A DNA stretch of 64,000 bases from Eledone cirrhosa (Eukaryota): positions 185,752,001-185,816,000 of the forward strand of contig OZ024740.1 of NCBI GenBank assembly GCA_964016885.1. Direction: 5' to 3'. Below the pieces are notes generated by a model. It searched no databases, had not been told where the DNA came from, and saw nothing but the letters and a program-made list of their open reading frames with translations. The translations under genes were made by a program, and so were the position numbers. Position 1 is the stretch's first letter. Every line of letters begins with the position of its first letter. Positions 1-13,683 of the stretch are shown here, in pieces.

Positions 1-368
1 AGAGCGGCTGTGTAGCTCCCGGATAAGGTATACTTAAAATTAAGAAGAAAGCATAAACGGGAGAAAGCTCCATCATCAGTTGTCTGCCGGGAGTTCTGGA
101 TAGCTCTACGCATTAAAGACAAGATACCTCAATAACTAAGACAAGCTATTGGCGAAAAAATGGAGGGAGAGAAAGATAATACATAATAACAGAAGGGAAG
201 AAAAGAGAAAAACAGCGAAAGAAACGGTCAACAACAAACCGAAGAGAGAAACCCGGAGAAAAGTGTGTGAGCAACTCGAGGAGAGAAAATTAAAGTCAGC
301 AACAATTACTGAACATAAGTTCTAGATTATGCGGACGAGGAAAAAAGACACGGCTGACTTCCGCAAGT
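1..368 (+). other. Possible first exon of a host gene (5'UTR plus short coding start MRTRKKDTADFRK from ATG 329), followed by a donor site
   Basis: Non-repetitive, purine-rich, CpG-containing segment ending at a consensus GTAAGT donor (369-374). ATG at 329 gives 13 codons + 1 nt before the donor. No downstream exon identified. Confidence 0.25.
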
Positions 369-1450
369 GTAAGTGAGAAAGAGACTGATGATATTCGTTT
401 ATAAAATATCAATAAGGCCAAATATATTTTTGACCTACAAATTAAAAGTGATTCGCAGATTCATTTCGCCTGGACCCTTTTAATATTAATTGTAAGAATA
501 AATAGTATTGGAATATAAGTTTCGACGTGCAGAATCATATTGAAACATCTTATTTATTTATTTCTTCATACGTCTTTCTGTTGACGTTTAATACATTTAT
601 CCACTCATTACTGTACTTTCACTCAGCCTCTATAATTCATTCTCATTGCAATTATTCCGTTTCATTATCTGTTTTCCTCGCTCATTATGCGTCAAGCTCA
701 TGCATCCTTTTTGTACTATGTCTCTATATTTCCATTGACGATTGCTTTCGTTTTCTGATTCTGCCAAACTTTTTGAAAGTTGCTGCTAGTAGATTGTCGA
801 GATTCTTGCGTCGAGAAATGATTACTGTAAATCTCCAATCTATCACGTAATCACGTGTATTTCAATTTCAACGTGAACAAAGAAAATAGTTCAAAAAGCA
901 ATAGATAAACGTTAATGAGTTATATAGTCCAAATTCTGATTTGTACCAAAATAAAGGAATAGAGCAGTCACTTAACATGTAGCTGGAATGTATTGATATG
1001 CACTAAACAGTTTCAACTTCATTGTAAGTGCATTCAATATACTTTCTGAAAAATTATTGTCTCAACATCTTTTTCAACACACTTTCTCAAGCATACATAT
1101 ACAGTCACATATATTAACAACTATTCCTTTATATTTACTACATTTTCTAACTCACGTATAATTTCTTATTTTCTGTAAACTACTATCATATAGCCAAATA
1201 GCTATTCCAATTATGTTTCTTGCTTGAAAATTCTATATCACAATATTTATTAGTATTCGAGAGTATATTTTAGCGCCCGCAGCTTGGAACTTTGATATTT
1301 TTAAGATATCATTTATAATTCTACATTGTTGTGTAGGAAGAATATATGTTGCATGTTACAATTATGTTAGGAGTTATACGTTTGCAACATTTATGATGAT
1401 ATTAAGTGAGTTGGAACAATTCATATATTTGCAGCTGTATCACAAACACA

Positions 1451-1725
<275 letters not shown>

Positions 1726-4700
1726 TATAATATAAAATAGAAAACACAGGTAAGCATTAAGAGAAGGATTTTATCCAGGTATTTACGACCGTTTCATTGG
1801 TAAGTGCAACCTTATATACTGCAAATAGCAGACACTCAATTATAATTGTTGTTCAGAGTCCAAATTTTCAAAATAGTGAGTAAGTTACTCTTAACATAGT
1901 TCTTAATATATAGCGAAAAACATTTTTTTGGAATTGTATTTACTAGTATAGAGTGAGAGGAATTAGAAGGTGAGGGGACAAACGAAATAGTATAGAGAGA
2001 GAGGAAGGGGGAAGAGTTAGGAAGTAGAGTGACAAGCTAAGATGGAGGGAGGGGGAGGGGTAGAAGTGGAATTATTGTCAAAGCGGACAAAACATCAAAT
2101 GTGTATACCATGGATGTTAATACATACAATAGCTTCATACGGAAAGAATTACATAGAAAATACAAAACAAACTAATGAGGTGGCACTGATAAACATAAAA
2201 AACGAGGCACACAATATAGTCAAACACCTAGCAATAGACGACAGAACGGAGCCACTTAGGCCATGTAGCCCCACATTTAATCTCAAGGACCACAAGGTAA
2301 ATTTTGCTTATAACCCCACAATTAGAATTATATGCCCGTCCAAATCGAACATCGGGAAAGTTAGTAAACATATATGAGACAGAGTGATAGCACAAATGAA
2401 GAATAAACTAGTGATTAAACTATGGGATAAGGCTACCGGAAAAATTAAGTAGATTAACAATATAGCTAACAAAAAGGTATCTAAATTTATACAATTTGAC
2501 ATTAACGACTATTACTCCTCTATATCCCCCAACACATTGGATAAAGCCTTAGCATTTGCCAAAGCCATTTCTGACCTAACAGACGACGAGATAAAAATCA
2601 TATTAGCTGCTAGGAAAACAATAATTAAATTTGAAAACGCCTATTGGGAACGTAAGGATAGATTAAATAACTTTGACATCACGATGGGGGCTAACGACTC
2701 GGCTCAAGTCACAGATTTAGTAGATATTTACATAGCCCATAGTTTACAGAGTGAGTTTAGCGACCTTCAGGGTGGAATCTACAGAGACGACGCCTTCTCC
2801 TAGTTAAGAACCTAAATAACCAGAGCATAGAAAGACTCCGTAAGAATATTAGAAAGATTCTCGGGAAACTAGGTCTTAGCATAACGTATGAGTATAGCAC
2901 TAAAACAGTTAACTTTCTAGACGCGACGCTTAACCTAAATACGGGACTTATAAGACCTTTTCACAAGATTAATGAAAACTTAGAATACATCAACTGTAAC
3001 TCAAACCACCCGCTATCCATAATTAAATTCATTCCACGCAGCATATCCTTTAGGATCTCCCGCCTCTCGTCTAACCAACAACTATTCGAGGAACATGCAG
3101 AATACTACAATACCGCATTAGACAAGCAGGCCACTTAGATAGAGTAGAATATATAGATGAAAGACTCCGTAAAGCGCACACGAACACACATACCACAAAC
3201 TCCAGAAACACACGCACACACACACTTACGCATAGAACTACAAATTATACAGTAAATAGAAATACAACATCGAAATCAAAGCCACGCAGTAGAAAATATA
3301 TTTGGTATAACCCGATATTTAACACCTCTATTAGTACTAACCTACCCTCTACCTTCTTTAGAATAATAAATAAGCACTTTCCAGATTCACACAGACACAG
3401 CAAAATCCTTAACACTAAATCTATTAGACTATCTTACTCCACGGCACCAAATATAGAGGCACACATTAAGATGCTTAACGCTAAAAAGATACATAACAAC
3501 ACCAGAACACAAATTTACAACAATAACAATACAATTACCATTGAACACAACATAATATCTAATACACAACCACCCACTAATAGGAACACAAAACGTAACA
3601 CACTTGTACAGGCATCGCCGCCCACCAATAATGCCAAAGTTGCCATGACAATAATTGTAACTGCCCCCTACCTGAAAACTGTCCATTACATAATTAATGT
3701 ATGCAGTCTAACCTGAAATGGTATTACATCGGAGCGACTGGGAATACATTTAAAGCCCGTCGGTATACACACCGTTACGCAATGAAACATTCCCAGCATC
3801 GTTATGTAACTACCCTTGCAAACAAGACCTGCCAACTGAGGCAAAGTAACCACCAATACACCCTGAAGTGGAAACAATGATCCAACGCGCCCCCATATCC
3901 GAGTGGTATGAGAAGCTGTCGATTATGTGACCTTGAGCTGTTCCACATTGTGAGTTCGAAGAATAAATTACTCAACAATAAAATCGAAAGATCAATTTAT
4001 TGTAACCATACACTCAAAGAGAAGTTTTCGCACTACAAGTGCAAATCGAACACTTAACCCCTTACTACCGACTGACAAACTGCATATACTTAGACTTTAT
4101 ACCCTCTTGTTGTATCTAAACCCTTTTAATTACCCACAAAACCAATACCTATATCCCTCCCTTCTCCTTTATTCCTCTTCTATTTCTTCGTTTTCTTCCT
4201 TCCTTCACTCCCCTTTTTGGCTATATTTTCTTTTCTTCTTTCTCCCCCCTTCTTTGCTTTTATTTTTGTCATTATTATCTTTATCTTTATTTTTTATATA
4301 TATATTTATCTCTTTATTTCTCCCCCTCTCTCTCTCTCTATCCATCCCTCCCACTATGATCAATTTAATTCTCTTTAACTCACTACATTCCACGACATGA
4401 AGTCTACATATCAAAACTGATCGAGGAATGCTGCCACCTCTACCCCTCCTTCCATCTCAGTTTGTCACTCTACTTCCTAACTCTCTCCCCCTTCCTCTCT
4501 CTCTATATATTCCGTTTGTCCCCTCACCTTCTAATTCCGCTCTCTCTATACTAGTAAATACAATTCCCCAAAAATGTTTTTCTCTACATATTAACAACTA
4601 TTTCAAGAGTAACTTACTCACTATATTGAAAATTTGGACTGTGAACAACAATTATTATTGAGTGGCTGCTATTTGCAGTATAGCAATATGAGGTTGCACT

Positions 4701-4908
4701 TAGCATTGAAACGGTCGTAAATACCTGGATAAAATCCTTCTCTTAATGCTTACCTGTGTTTTCTCTTTTATATTTTATACTTTATACTCCAACATTGAAC
4801 GGAATTCTTACAAACTTGTGGAGTTACCCCTAACCGTACGTTGAAACCATCCATGAAACTGGCTTTCTTAACCACAAACTGGATCACAATAAACAATTTT
4901 CTGTTTCC

Positions 4909-4912
<4 letters not shown>
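1726..4912 (+). mobile_element. Penelope-like retroelement (PLE), 5'-truncated and degenerate, with inverted pLTR at the 5' end
   Basis: RT and C-terminal endonuclease-region remnants at 2140-4057. Segment 1726-2068 is an inverted copy of 4433-4780. Both ends abut (TA)n tracts. Confidence 0.9.
2140..4057 (+). pseudogene. PLE reverse transcriptase plus GIY-YIG-region pseudo-ORF (stops and frameshifts)
   Basis: Motifs LKDHK, FIQFDINDYYSSI, FDITMGANDSAQVTDLV, GGIYRDD, VNFLDATLNL, SNHP, IWYNPIF, and a C-terminal CRLCDLELFHI...LLNNKIE...YCNH. Confidence 0.88.
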
Positions 4913-4955
<43 letters not shown>

Positions 4956-4959
4956 TATT

Positions 4960-5150
4960 TAACGAAGGAATTATGGTAAGGAACCAGATGGACCATAACG
5001 CACCAAAGTACTCAATACTTAGGGTAGTAGAGTGGAAATAGGAAACAGTATGATCCCGACGGCAGAGCTTAAGCCGTTTCGACGGCTATTTCTGTCCAGA
5101 AATAGCCGTCGACACGGCTTGAGCACAGCCGTAGGGGTTATACATTTTCT
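4960..5150 (-). mobile_element. PLE-type 3' tail fragment with internal fold-back and half hammerhead
   Basis: Palindrome centred near 5095. The minus strand reads GAAACGGC-ttaagctct-GCCGTC (helix III plus GUC). It shares the gtactcaatac motif with the fragment at 18377 (tactcaatac at 9473) and is flanked by (TA)n. Confidence 0.55.
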
Positions 5151-5160
5151 TATATATATA

Positions 5161-5400
<240 letters not shown>

Positions 5401-5690
5401 AAGGTGCATCGCTTAGTGGTTAGAGCAATAGGCTTGCAATCGAAAGGTTGTGAGTTCAATCCTCGGACCGGGTGACGTGTTGTTTCCTTGAACACGGCAC
5501 ATTATTTCACGTTGCTCCAGTTTACTCAGCTGAAAATGAGTACGAGCAATAGCTGGAGGTTTAACCCTGCGATGGACTGGCGACCCGTCCAATGGAGGAG
5601 TCTCGTACTCTCAGTCGCTTCACGCCATGAAACAGGAATAAGCTCTGGCTAAATGAGCCTTATGGCCCAAGACAGACGTTAGACTTTTTA
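5401..5690 (+). mobile_element. tRNA-derived SINE (family B)
   Basis: A-box-like GCTTAGTGG and B-box GAGTTCAATCC. Central ccctgcgatggactggcgacccgtcca domain. A diverged antisense copy lies at about 40190-40440. Confidence 0.85.
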
Positions 5691-5691
5691 G

Positions 5692-5733
<42 letters not shown>

Positions 5734-5735
5734 TA

Positions 5736-6402
5736 TTAATTAAGCATACAGTGTATTGCAACATACACTATATATACATTATTATATATATCGCTATTTC
5801 AGAGCACCAATTCTAATTTTCAATTTCTGCTTGACCAACAACCGCTCAGTATAATCAGTTCCTGATTATTACTGGAATTCTCTAAGAATCAAACATTCAT
5901 GATTTTCAGCAAACAGGAGGCGTAGTTAGCTTTGATAAGCACCAAAAAGTGCAGAACAGAGCTCTGTCAGCTTTATCACCCCTGTTTGCTGAAAATTAAA
6001 GAAAGTGAGACTGTCACTACTCTGAAACAATAGCGTAAGGTCTTCGAAATGCTTTTAATTAAGCATACAGTGTATTGCAACATACACTATATATACATTC
6101 ATATATATATCGCTATTTCAGAGCACCAATTCTAATTTTCAATTTCTGCTTGACCGACAACCGCTCAGTATAATCAGTTCCTGATTATTACTGGAATTCT
6201 GTAAGAATCAAACACTCATGATTTTCAGCAAACAGGAAAAGTAGTTAGCTTTGGTAAGCACCGAGAAGTGCGAAACAGAGCTCTGTCAGCCTTATCTCCC
6301 ATGTTTGCTGAACATTAAAGTAAGTGAGACTGTCACTAGTCTAAAACAATAGCGTAAGTTCTTCGAAATCCTTTTAATTAAGCATACATGTATTGCAAAT
6401 TA

Positions 6403-6405
<3 letters not shown>
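5736..6405 (+). repeat. 319-bp tandem repeat (about 2.1 units), each unit carrying a degenerate type I hammerhead; retrozyme/PLE-pLTR-like
   Basis: Units start at 5736, 6055 and 6374. HHR-like motifs at 5928-5972 and 6247-6291. Flanked by (TA)n on both sides. Confidence 0.85.
6247..6291 (+). ncRNA. Degenerate type I hammerhead ribozyme (second copy at 5928-5972)
   Basis: AGCT-TTGGTAA-GCAC cgagaa GTGC-GAAA-CAGAGCTCTG-TC-AGC. Helix II is 4 bp, helix III is the perfect palindrome ACAGAGCTCTGT, and the site is GUC. The CUGAUGA core is mutated. Confidence 0.65.
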
Positions 6406-6479
<74 letters not shown>

Positions 6480-6514
6480 AAAGAATAGAGGTGAAACACA
6501 CAAGTTATTATATA

Positions 6515-7791
<1,277 letters not shown>

Positions 7792-8213
7792 GCTTTCGGT
7801 GAACGATAAATGTCTAGGCTTACAAAAGAAGTCAAATTAAATCGTAGCATCTATACTTACAATTATTCCTTTTAGTACTACTTATATCTTAATAAGGATA
7901 CGCATAATTAGTATATATTAACAAATATCTGACTACGAATTATCTATATGAACATGAATAAGTCTAAGTGATGATTTATCTTACATTTACTATACATGTT
8001 AATTTTCCTTTTCTCTGTGATTGCGTTGTTTTGAGATTGATTTGATAACTCAAGTATTTGAAGGATGGTTTTGATGCATTTTATCTTTCAGCCACATTTA
8101 TTCGAATTTTCCTAAAAATTGGTTTCGTAACCGAGAAACAAGTGATTTTTATTACCATTATCATGAACTCGAAAGAAGCGAGTTCGTTCGCAGCTTCAGC
8201 TAAAATTGATGTA

Positions 8214-8500
8214 GTAATAATTGTTTATACTTTAGGCACAAGGTGAGCAATTAGCCCAGTACATTACTGGTGCATTATTTTATCGACCCCGTAAGGATGA
8301 AAGGCAAAGATAAACTAGGCGGGAACTCAAATCATAAAGGACCGTAACTCTATGCTTGCAAAGCATGACATAATAATTGTTTCTACTTTTGGCACAAGGC
8401 CAGCAATTTTTCCAGCGTATTACTGGTACTTTATTTTATCGACCCCGTAAGGGTGAAATGCAAAGTTAACCTCAGCGGGATTTGAACTCAAAGCATGACG
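8214..8500 (-). mobile_element. Two tandem partial copies of tRNA-derived SINE family A
   Basis: The ggcacaagg...ttttatcgaccccgtaagg(a/g)tgaaa(g/t)gcaaag core occurs twice. Confidence 0.9.
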
Positions 8501-9827
8501 GAATAATAAAAACAAAACAGACTATTAAAGGAAAAATAATAAAGAGAATGAAAAGGAGTTCAAGAGACACCCGATGCAACAGCTACCCAACTTCACAGAC
8601 AACCATGCGCATCATTTGCCACTCTCATATTGCCTTTATTATTGTTTAGTACTCTTGTCATCAATGTTGTATTCCATGCATCATAGAATAGCCGTAAGAA
8701 CCTCTTCATCCAGACGAACGCATGATCTGGTTTCATAATTTAGTTTTATCTAATATTTCCTTCGTATTCTAAATATACTTCATATAATACAAACCAAACT
8801 TTCGTTGAAAATATTAATATTATCGGTATTAGATTATGAATCCATGTAAGGAATAATTAGGCTAAATGTAATTTCAAATATAAAGTTGAATAACTTACAA
8901 TGAAAATTGTTTCCATAAACTACATTGATAATTTATTGCTCAAACAATAGCATTTCATATGCTTTACTTATCCATATATCTACTAAAGCAAACTACTAAA
9001 TCACAATTTTCAATTTCTATAACAGATCAGTATTATTCACACATTATATGAACGTACGTTATTATATCTAATTTATATAACAAAAACCAAAAATGGAAAG
9101 TAAGATTTAATAGCTTTTAAATTGTATCTAATTGTCCTAATAACCGAATATATATTCTCATATTTTTTAATAGTTCGATACATATTACACATTGAAATAT
9201 TTATTACAAATTCATGGCAGCAGTGTACTGAGAATTTAATATTACGTCTGCGTAAAAAATATAGATATTATTTTACAAGAACGAATTGAATCACAATATG
9301 TACGTTCAGTTATACGAAGTTCGTATATCGACCATCACTCATTGTATTTAGTCTTGCTACATGTCATAGCGGGCAGTTATCCTCCACGGAAGCCCAATGT
9401 AGCTAATATTGTGGGATGCTCATATATAGATATATATATATCCATATGTGGATAACAGCTGAGAGAAAATAATACTCAATACCGAAATAGAGTTTTAATA
9501 TCCATGTTATTAAGGCTACTTAGTGAGTCTTGTTACTCTGGAGTTTCCCCTATTCATCATAGGATCAATCGTATATCTATATATATAGTTATTTCAAAAT
9601 GGAACCAAGGTTGCTAATTTCATTTCAACAATTGTTTTTATATAGATAAGTATCGTGCCAATATATATAAGTAATGAATCAAACAATTACAATCAAAATT
9701 TTAAATGGAATTCCCTCACAAATCTGCATATCGAAAAGAATATAAGCGAAGAATATGCAAGGGTATAAATTATAAAAAAAGCTTACAGATGGTGAAGTGA
9801 AAGATTAAAGAATATTGCGCCAGTGAT

Positions 9828-9885
<58 letters not shown>

Positions 9886-9989
9886 GTATATATATATATA
9901 GTAATAATAATAAATTTGAAGACTAAAATCCAAAGAACCGTAGAGCAAATATTTATTAAAATAACATTAAAGTTTAAGCAAAGAATCGC

Positions 9990-10110
9990 TGCTTTCACCC
10001 TTAACGCTGAAACCCTGGAAATACTCTACGCAAAAGACCACATGTTAAACAAAAAATCTGAGGCAATTTCACCTTGTAAACATAAATTGCATAACACTTT
10101 CCTGTATTAC
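9990..10110 (+). pseudogene. PLE C-terminal fragment
   Basis: ETLEILYAKDHMLNKKSEAISPCKHK resembles the E..I....LN.+.E....C.H tail seen at about 3930-4040. Confidence 0.5.
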
Positions 10111-10862
10111 AGCCCCACATTATACCCTATCGGATAGTACGAACTATACGCGGACATTTTACGTCTTGATGTGGTAGCTAAGTATATGTTATGTTTATAC
10201 CATTAGTTATTTGTATAGGTAAGTATATATTACCTGTATGTTTTGTGAAGGTACGTATGCTTTCTCATACGTATATTTGCTTGTATATGTTATAGGCGTA
10301 TATATTATATCATATATACTGGTACATGTGCATATGGTTATGTGTATACATGAGCTTTGTGTCTCTATGAGTATGCGGGTTCGTTCGAAATTAGGATGTG
10401 TGTATACGTGTAATTTGTGCTTTGGTTGACGTACGTTTAGCGAACATATGTGTATTTACATGTAGGTATGTGTGTGCGTGCGTTATATACGTATTTATGT
10501 GTGTATATTTATATACTTTTATATGATTGTATGTATACACGCGCACACACAAACACACACATATATATATATATGTTTTAAATATATTTTGATGTGTATT
10601 TGGTGTATACGTTCATTTGTGTGCGGGCGCAGGCGTTGCGTGGGTTCTGCATGTGCGTGCGTGTTTTTGTGTGTGTACGTGCTTGTATTTGCATACCCAT
10701 GGGCGGGTGTTTTCGCATATGCATGTGTATGTACGTATGTACGTATATGGATGCGTGCATGTATATATTTAATTTTTATTGATTTCAATTACCTCTGTAA
10801 TTTATTTACATTATTCTTAACTATGAAGCCGAGAATCCTTCGGTTTCCTAAATCAAATTTTA

Positions 10863-11190
10863 GTCTACGACTTCAGTTATACCACAAACGTGGTTTTGTC
10901 TTTGCGTGTAATTGGTCTCATCGATCCACATAATGACGTATTATCTTCGTTTTTTCCGTTCATTGCCAGATAACATCTCCACGAACAACCTAGTAGAATA
11001 TTCGTCTACGACTTCATTCATACAATAAACGTGGTTTTGTCTTTGCGTGTAATTGTTTTCACCGCTCCAAATAATTGTTTCTACTTTAGGCACAAGGCCA
11101 GCAATTACCCAGTGCATTACTGGTACTAATGACGTTTTATCTTCGTTTTTTTTTTTTTCGTTCTTTGCCACGGAACGCTTCCACAAAACA
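10863..11190. repeat. About 141-bp local direct duplication interrupted by a SINE A 3' fragment (11070-11128, minus strand)
   Basis: gtctacgacttca...cgtggttttgtctttgcgtgtaattg at 10863 and 11004; taatgacgt.ttatcttcgttttt at 10931 and 11127. Confidence 0.75.
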
Positions 11191-11341
11191 AAGTATCGTC
11201 TTCCTGTCTTCCTTGGATTGCAACGTTTTCTGAAATATTTACTTCTGCGTTCAGATTGATTTTTTAGTTTCAGAAGATCCCGTTAAGTGTGAAAGCACCG
11301 ATTCTTTGCTTAAACTTTAATCAGTTATTTTAATAAATATA

Positions 11342-11410
<69 letters not shown>

Positions 11411-11412
<2 letters not shown>

Positions 11413-12048
11413 ACCCCACTCTCCAGAGCGTGAAATTAATAAACATTCGTTGTACTGCCTCTCTGATTTGTTCCTGTTCAAATTTGTCCATTATATATAA
11501 TGCACGCTCACACGGCTTCCATTCCTTTGGAACATAACTTAACTACCGGCTCAACCCCGATCTAATCCGCCGTGACCATTCTCCGAACTTTACACACCTT
11601 CCCACACTTGGTCTTTCCTTCCACGCATTACCTTTGTTTGATTTTGTTACTGTACTTGTTTATTTCCGTATATGATTCTTTGCCTGTGTTCTTACAATTT
11701 TATTTCTATGATTTTTTGTTCACGATTGCCTGTATTTTTACCTTTATGATTTTTTTGTCTTTAATTTTCCTGTGTATACTCCCCCCTCCTTACGTTTTCT
11801 GTTTCATTTTCCCTTCCCCGTCTCTGCCTATCCTTCGCACTCACTCCTTCGTTCACTCCACCCCGCTTCATGTCTCTCCACCACTCCCCCACACACCCTT
11901 TGAACTCTGTTCCCACACACTTCTCACCTGAAGAAGGGCTTATGCCCGAAACGTCGTTCCCCACCACCACCACCCCACTCTCCAGAGCGTGAAATTAATA
12001 AACATTCGTTGTACTGCCTCTCTGTTTTGTTCCTGTTCAAATTTTTCC

Positions 12049-12050
<2 letters not shown>
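11411..12050 (+). mobile_element. Non-autonomous PLE pLTR unit with terminal direct repeat and minimal hammerhead
   Basis: About 75-bp direct repeats (11411-11485 and about 11971-12044). HHR core at 11928-11956. Inserted between (TA)n tracts. Confidence 0.8.
11923..11958 (+). ncRNA. Minimal hammerhead ribozyme (PLE type)
   Basis: CTGAAGA-A-GGGC ttat GCCC-GAAA-CGTC. Core intact, palindromic ACGT helix III; helix I pairs only about 2 bp. Confidence 0.75.
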
Positions 12051-12134
<84 letters not shown>

Positions 12135-12825
12135 TGAGTATATGTTGGTTGTTTACCGACACCTCAGTATGCAGATTGGAGCACTCGCATGGAGTACGCA
12201 GTTCGGTTTGTTTACTCCGGAGTAATGGAAAATGAAATAAGTAAGTCAAATATGTAAAATTTGGCTTCGTTTATTATAAATTATTAATTTACTGCTATAT
12301 ATATATATTTCGGTGACAGCTATTATTGGCTGTGTCCGCTTCACGCAGTCAGAATTGGTGTGGAAAAGACAGGTACACATCTTGTCGAAGTGTGTTTCAC
12401 TCTGTCAATACATCGATATGTCCAGTTTCCGGGTGTGTTGTTAGGAACTGGAATCATATGGGCTAGAACAAACGGATTTCAGCGTCATAGGACACGCTCG
12501 TATCCTATTGGTCAGTTGTGTGACCACTCCTCAGTCAAAAGCCTGTAGAAATTCTTCTGAGGCAGGTCAGCCTGTTATAGTTGTTTATGTCTGTCAGAAT
12601 GTTTAAGTACAGCTGACCTCCTTCACTGTGTTGGTAGTGGTATTAAGAGGTCAGCTAGCAGGTCAACTTTAGTATGCTGCTGCTATGGTCTGAAGAATTT
12701 ATGTGTGTAGACTGGCATCTATCCTGCCACCATTTCACGTGGTGGGAGATTCCAAACAACTAAATAATACGTGTGTCTTACAACCAATAACAAACATATT
12801 GAAAAATATAAACTGAAATGAAATA

Positions 12826-13197
12826 AAAAACCTGTGTGTCGGAATCGAGAAATGTAAAGAATTACAATTCTTATTCTATCATAGAGTACGTACGTGTGAT
12901 TGTCCGCCAGCGCGCACTGTTGCACATAAACACGTATAAACACAGGCTCGGTGCATTCACCTATTTACGTCCACACAGTCTAAAAAAAGATGGGTGCGTT
13001 TTAAAAACAAATGCGGTAAAAGTGGAGTGAAAAATACCAAAAAACCTGTGTGTCAAAATCCGGAAGAGTAAAGGACCACAATTCTTATTTCAGAATAAAG
13101 AACATATGCGTGTATGTTTGTCAATGCACAATGTTGCAAGCACACACGCACAAACACAGGCTCATGTGCATTCCCATTATTACGTCTACACAGTCAC
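12826..13197. repeat. Diverged direct duplication of about 155 bp (period about 214)
   Basis: aaaaacctgtgtgtc...acaattcttatt...aaacacaggctc...tacgtc.acacagtc at 12826 and 13040. Confidence 0.75.
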
Positions 13198-13552
13198 AAA
13201 CACGCATACACATAATTCCATATACGCCCACATTTGGATACACCCACACGTAAAAGCGTTCGTATCAGTAAACATTTCCAAAGATATAAAACGATATTAT
13301 ATTTCTTTCTGTAGTTAACATCGTAAAACAATGACAAGATGTACCGAGATGGAAAGAATGTCAAGTTGATCAAATATCTTTTCACCAAACCTCAACTGTG
13401 ATGAATGGAGTCTGTTACTTGACATTCTTTACCAGGTCGCAATCCATGATTATTCCTATTGACTTAATGTGGGTTTTAATCATTATTAATATGTCGTAAA
13501 ATACATTGTGAATAATAGCCATTGTCACATTCTTTATATGCATAGGTAGGTA

Positions 13553-13591
13553 GGCAAGTAGGTAGGTAGGTAGGTAGGTAGGTAGGTAGGT

Positions 13592-13622
<31 letters not shown>

Positions 13623-13683
13623 TAGGCAGGTAGGCAGGCAGGTAGGTAGATAGGCAAGCAGGTAGGTAGGTACGTAAGTAGGT
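13553..13683. repeat. (GGTA)n/(GGCA)n tetranucleotide microsatellite
   Basis: Direct reading. Confidence 0.95.

Noticed and set aside
5401-5475. tRNA gene
   Set aside because: The acceptor stem does not pair well and the sequence continues into a SINE body that recurs at about 40.3 kb.
5862-6037. Outer hammerhead (CTGATTA ... GAAACAATAGCGTA) enclosing the inner one
   Set aside because: Neither helix I nor the base of helix II pairs, and the second unit lacks GAAA.
12310-12760. Possible RTE-LINE 5'/endonuclease remnant on the minus strand
   Set aside because: Only a weak IDVL...SETH-like resemblance that needs indels; not supportable by eye.
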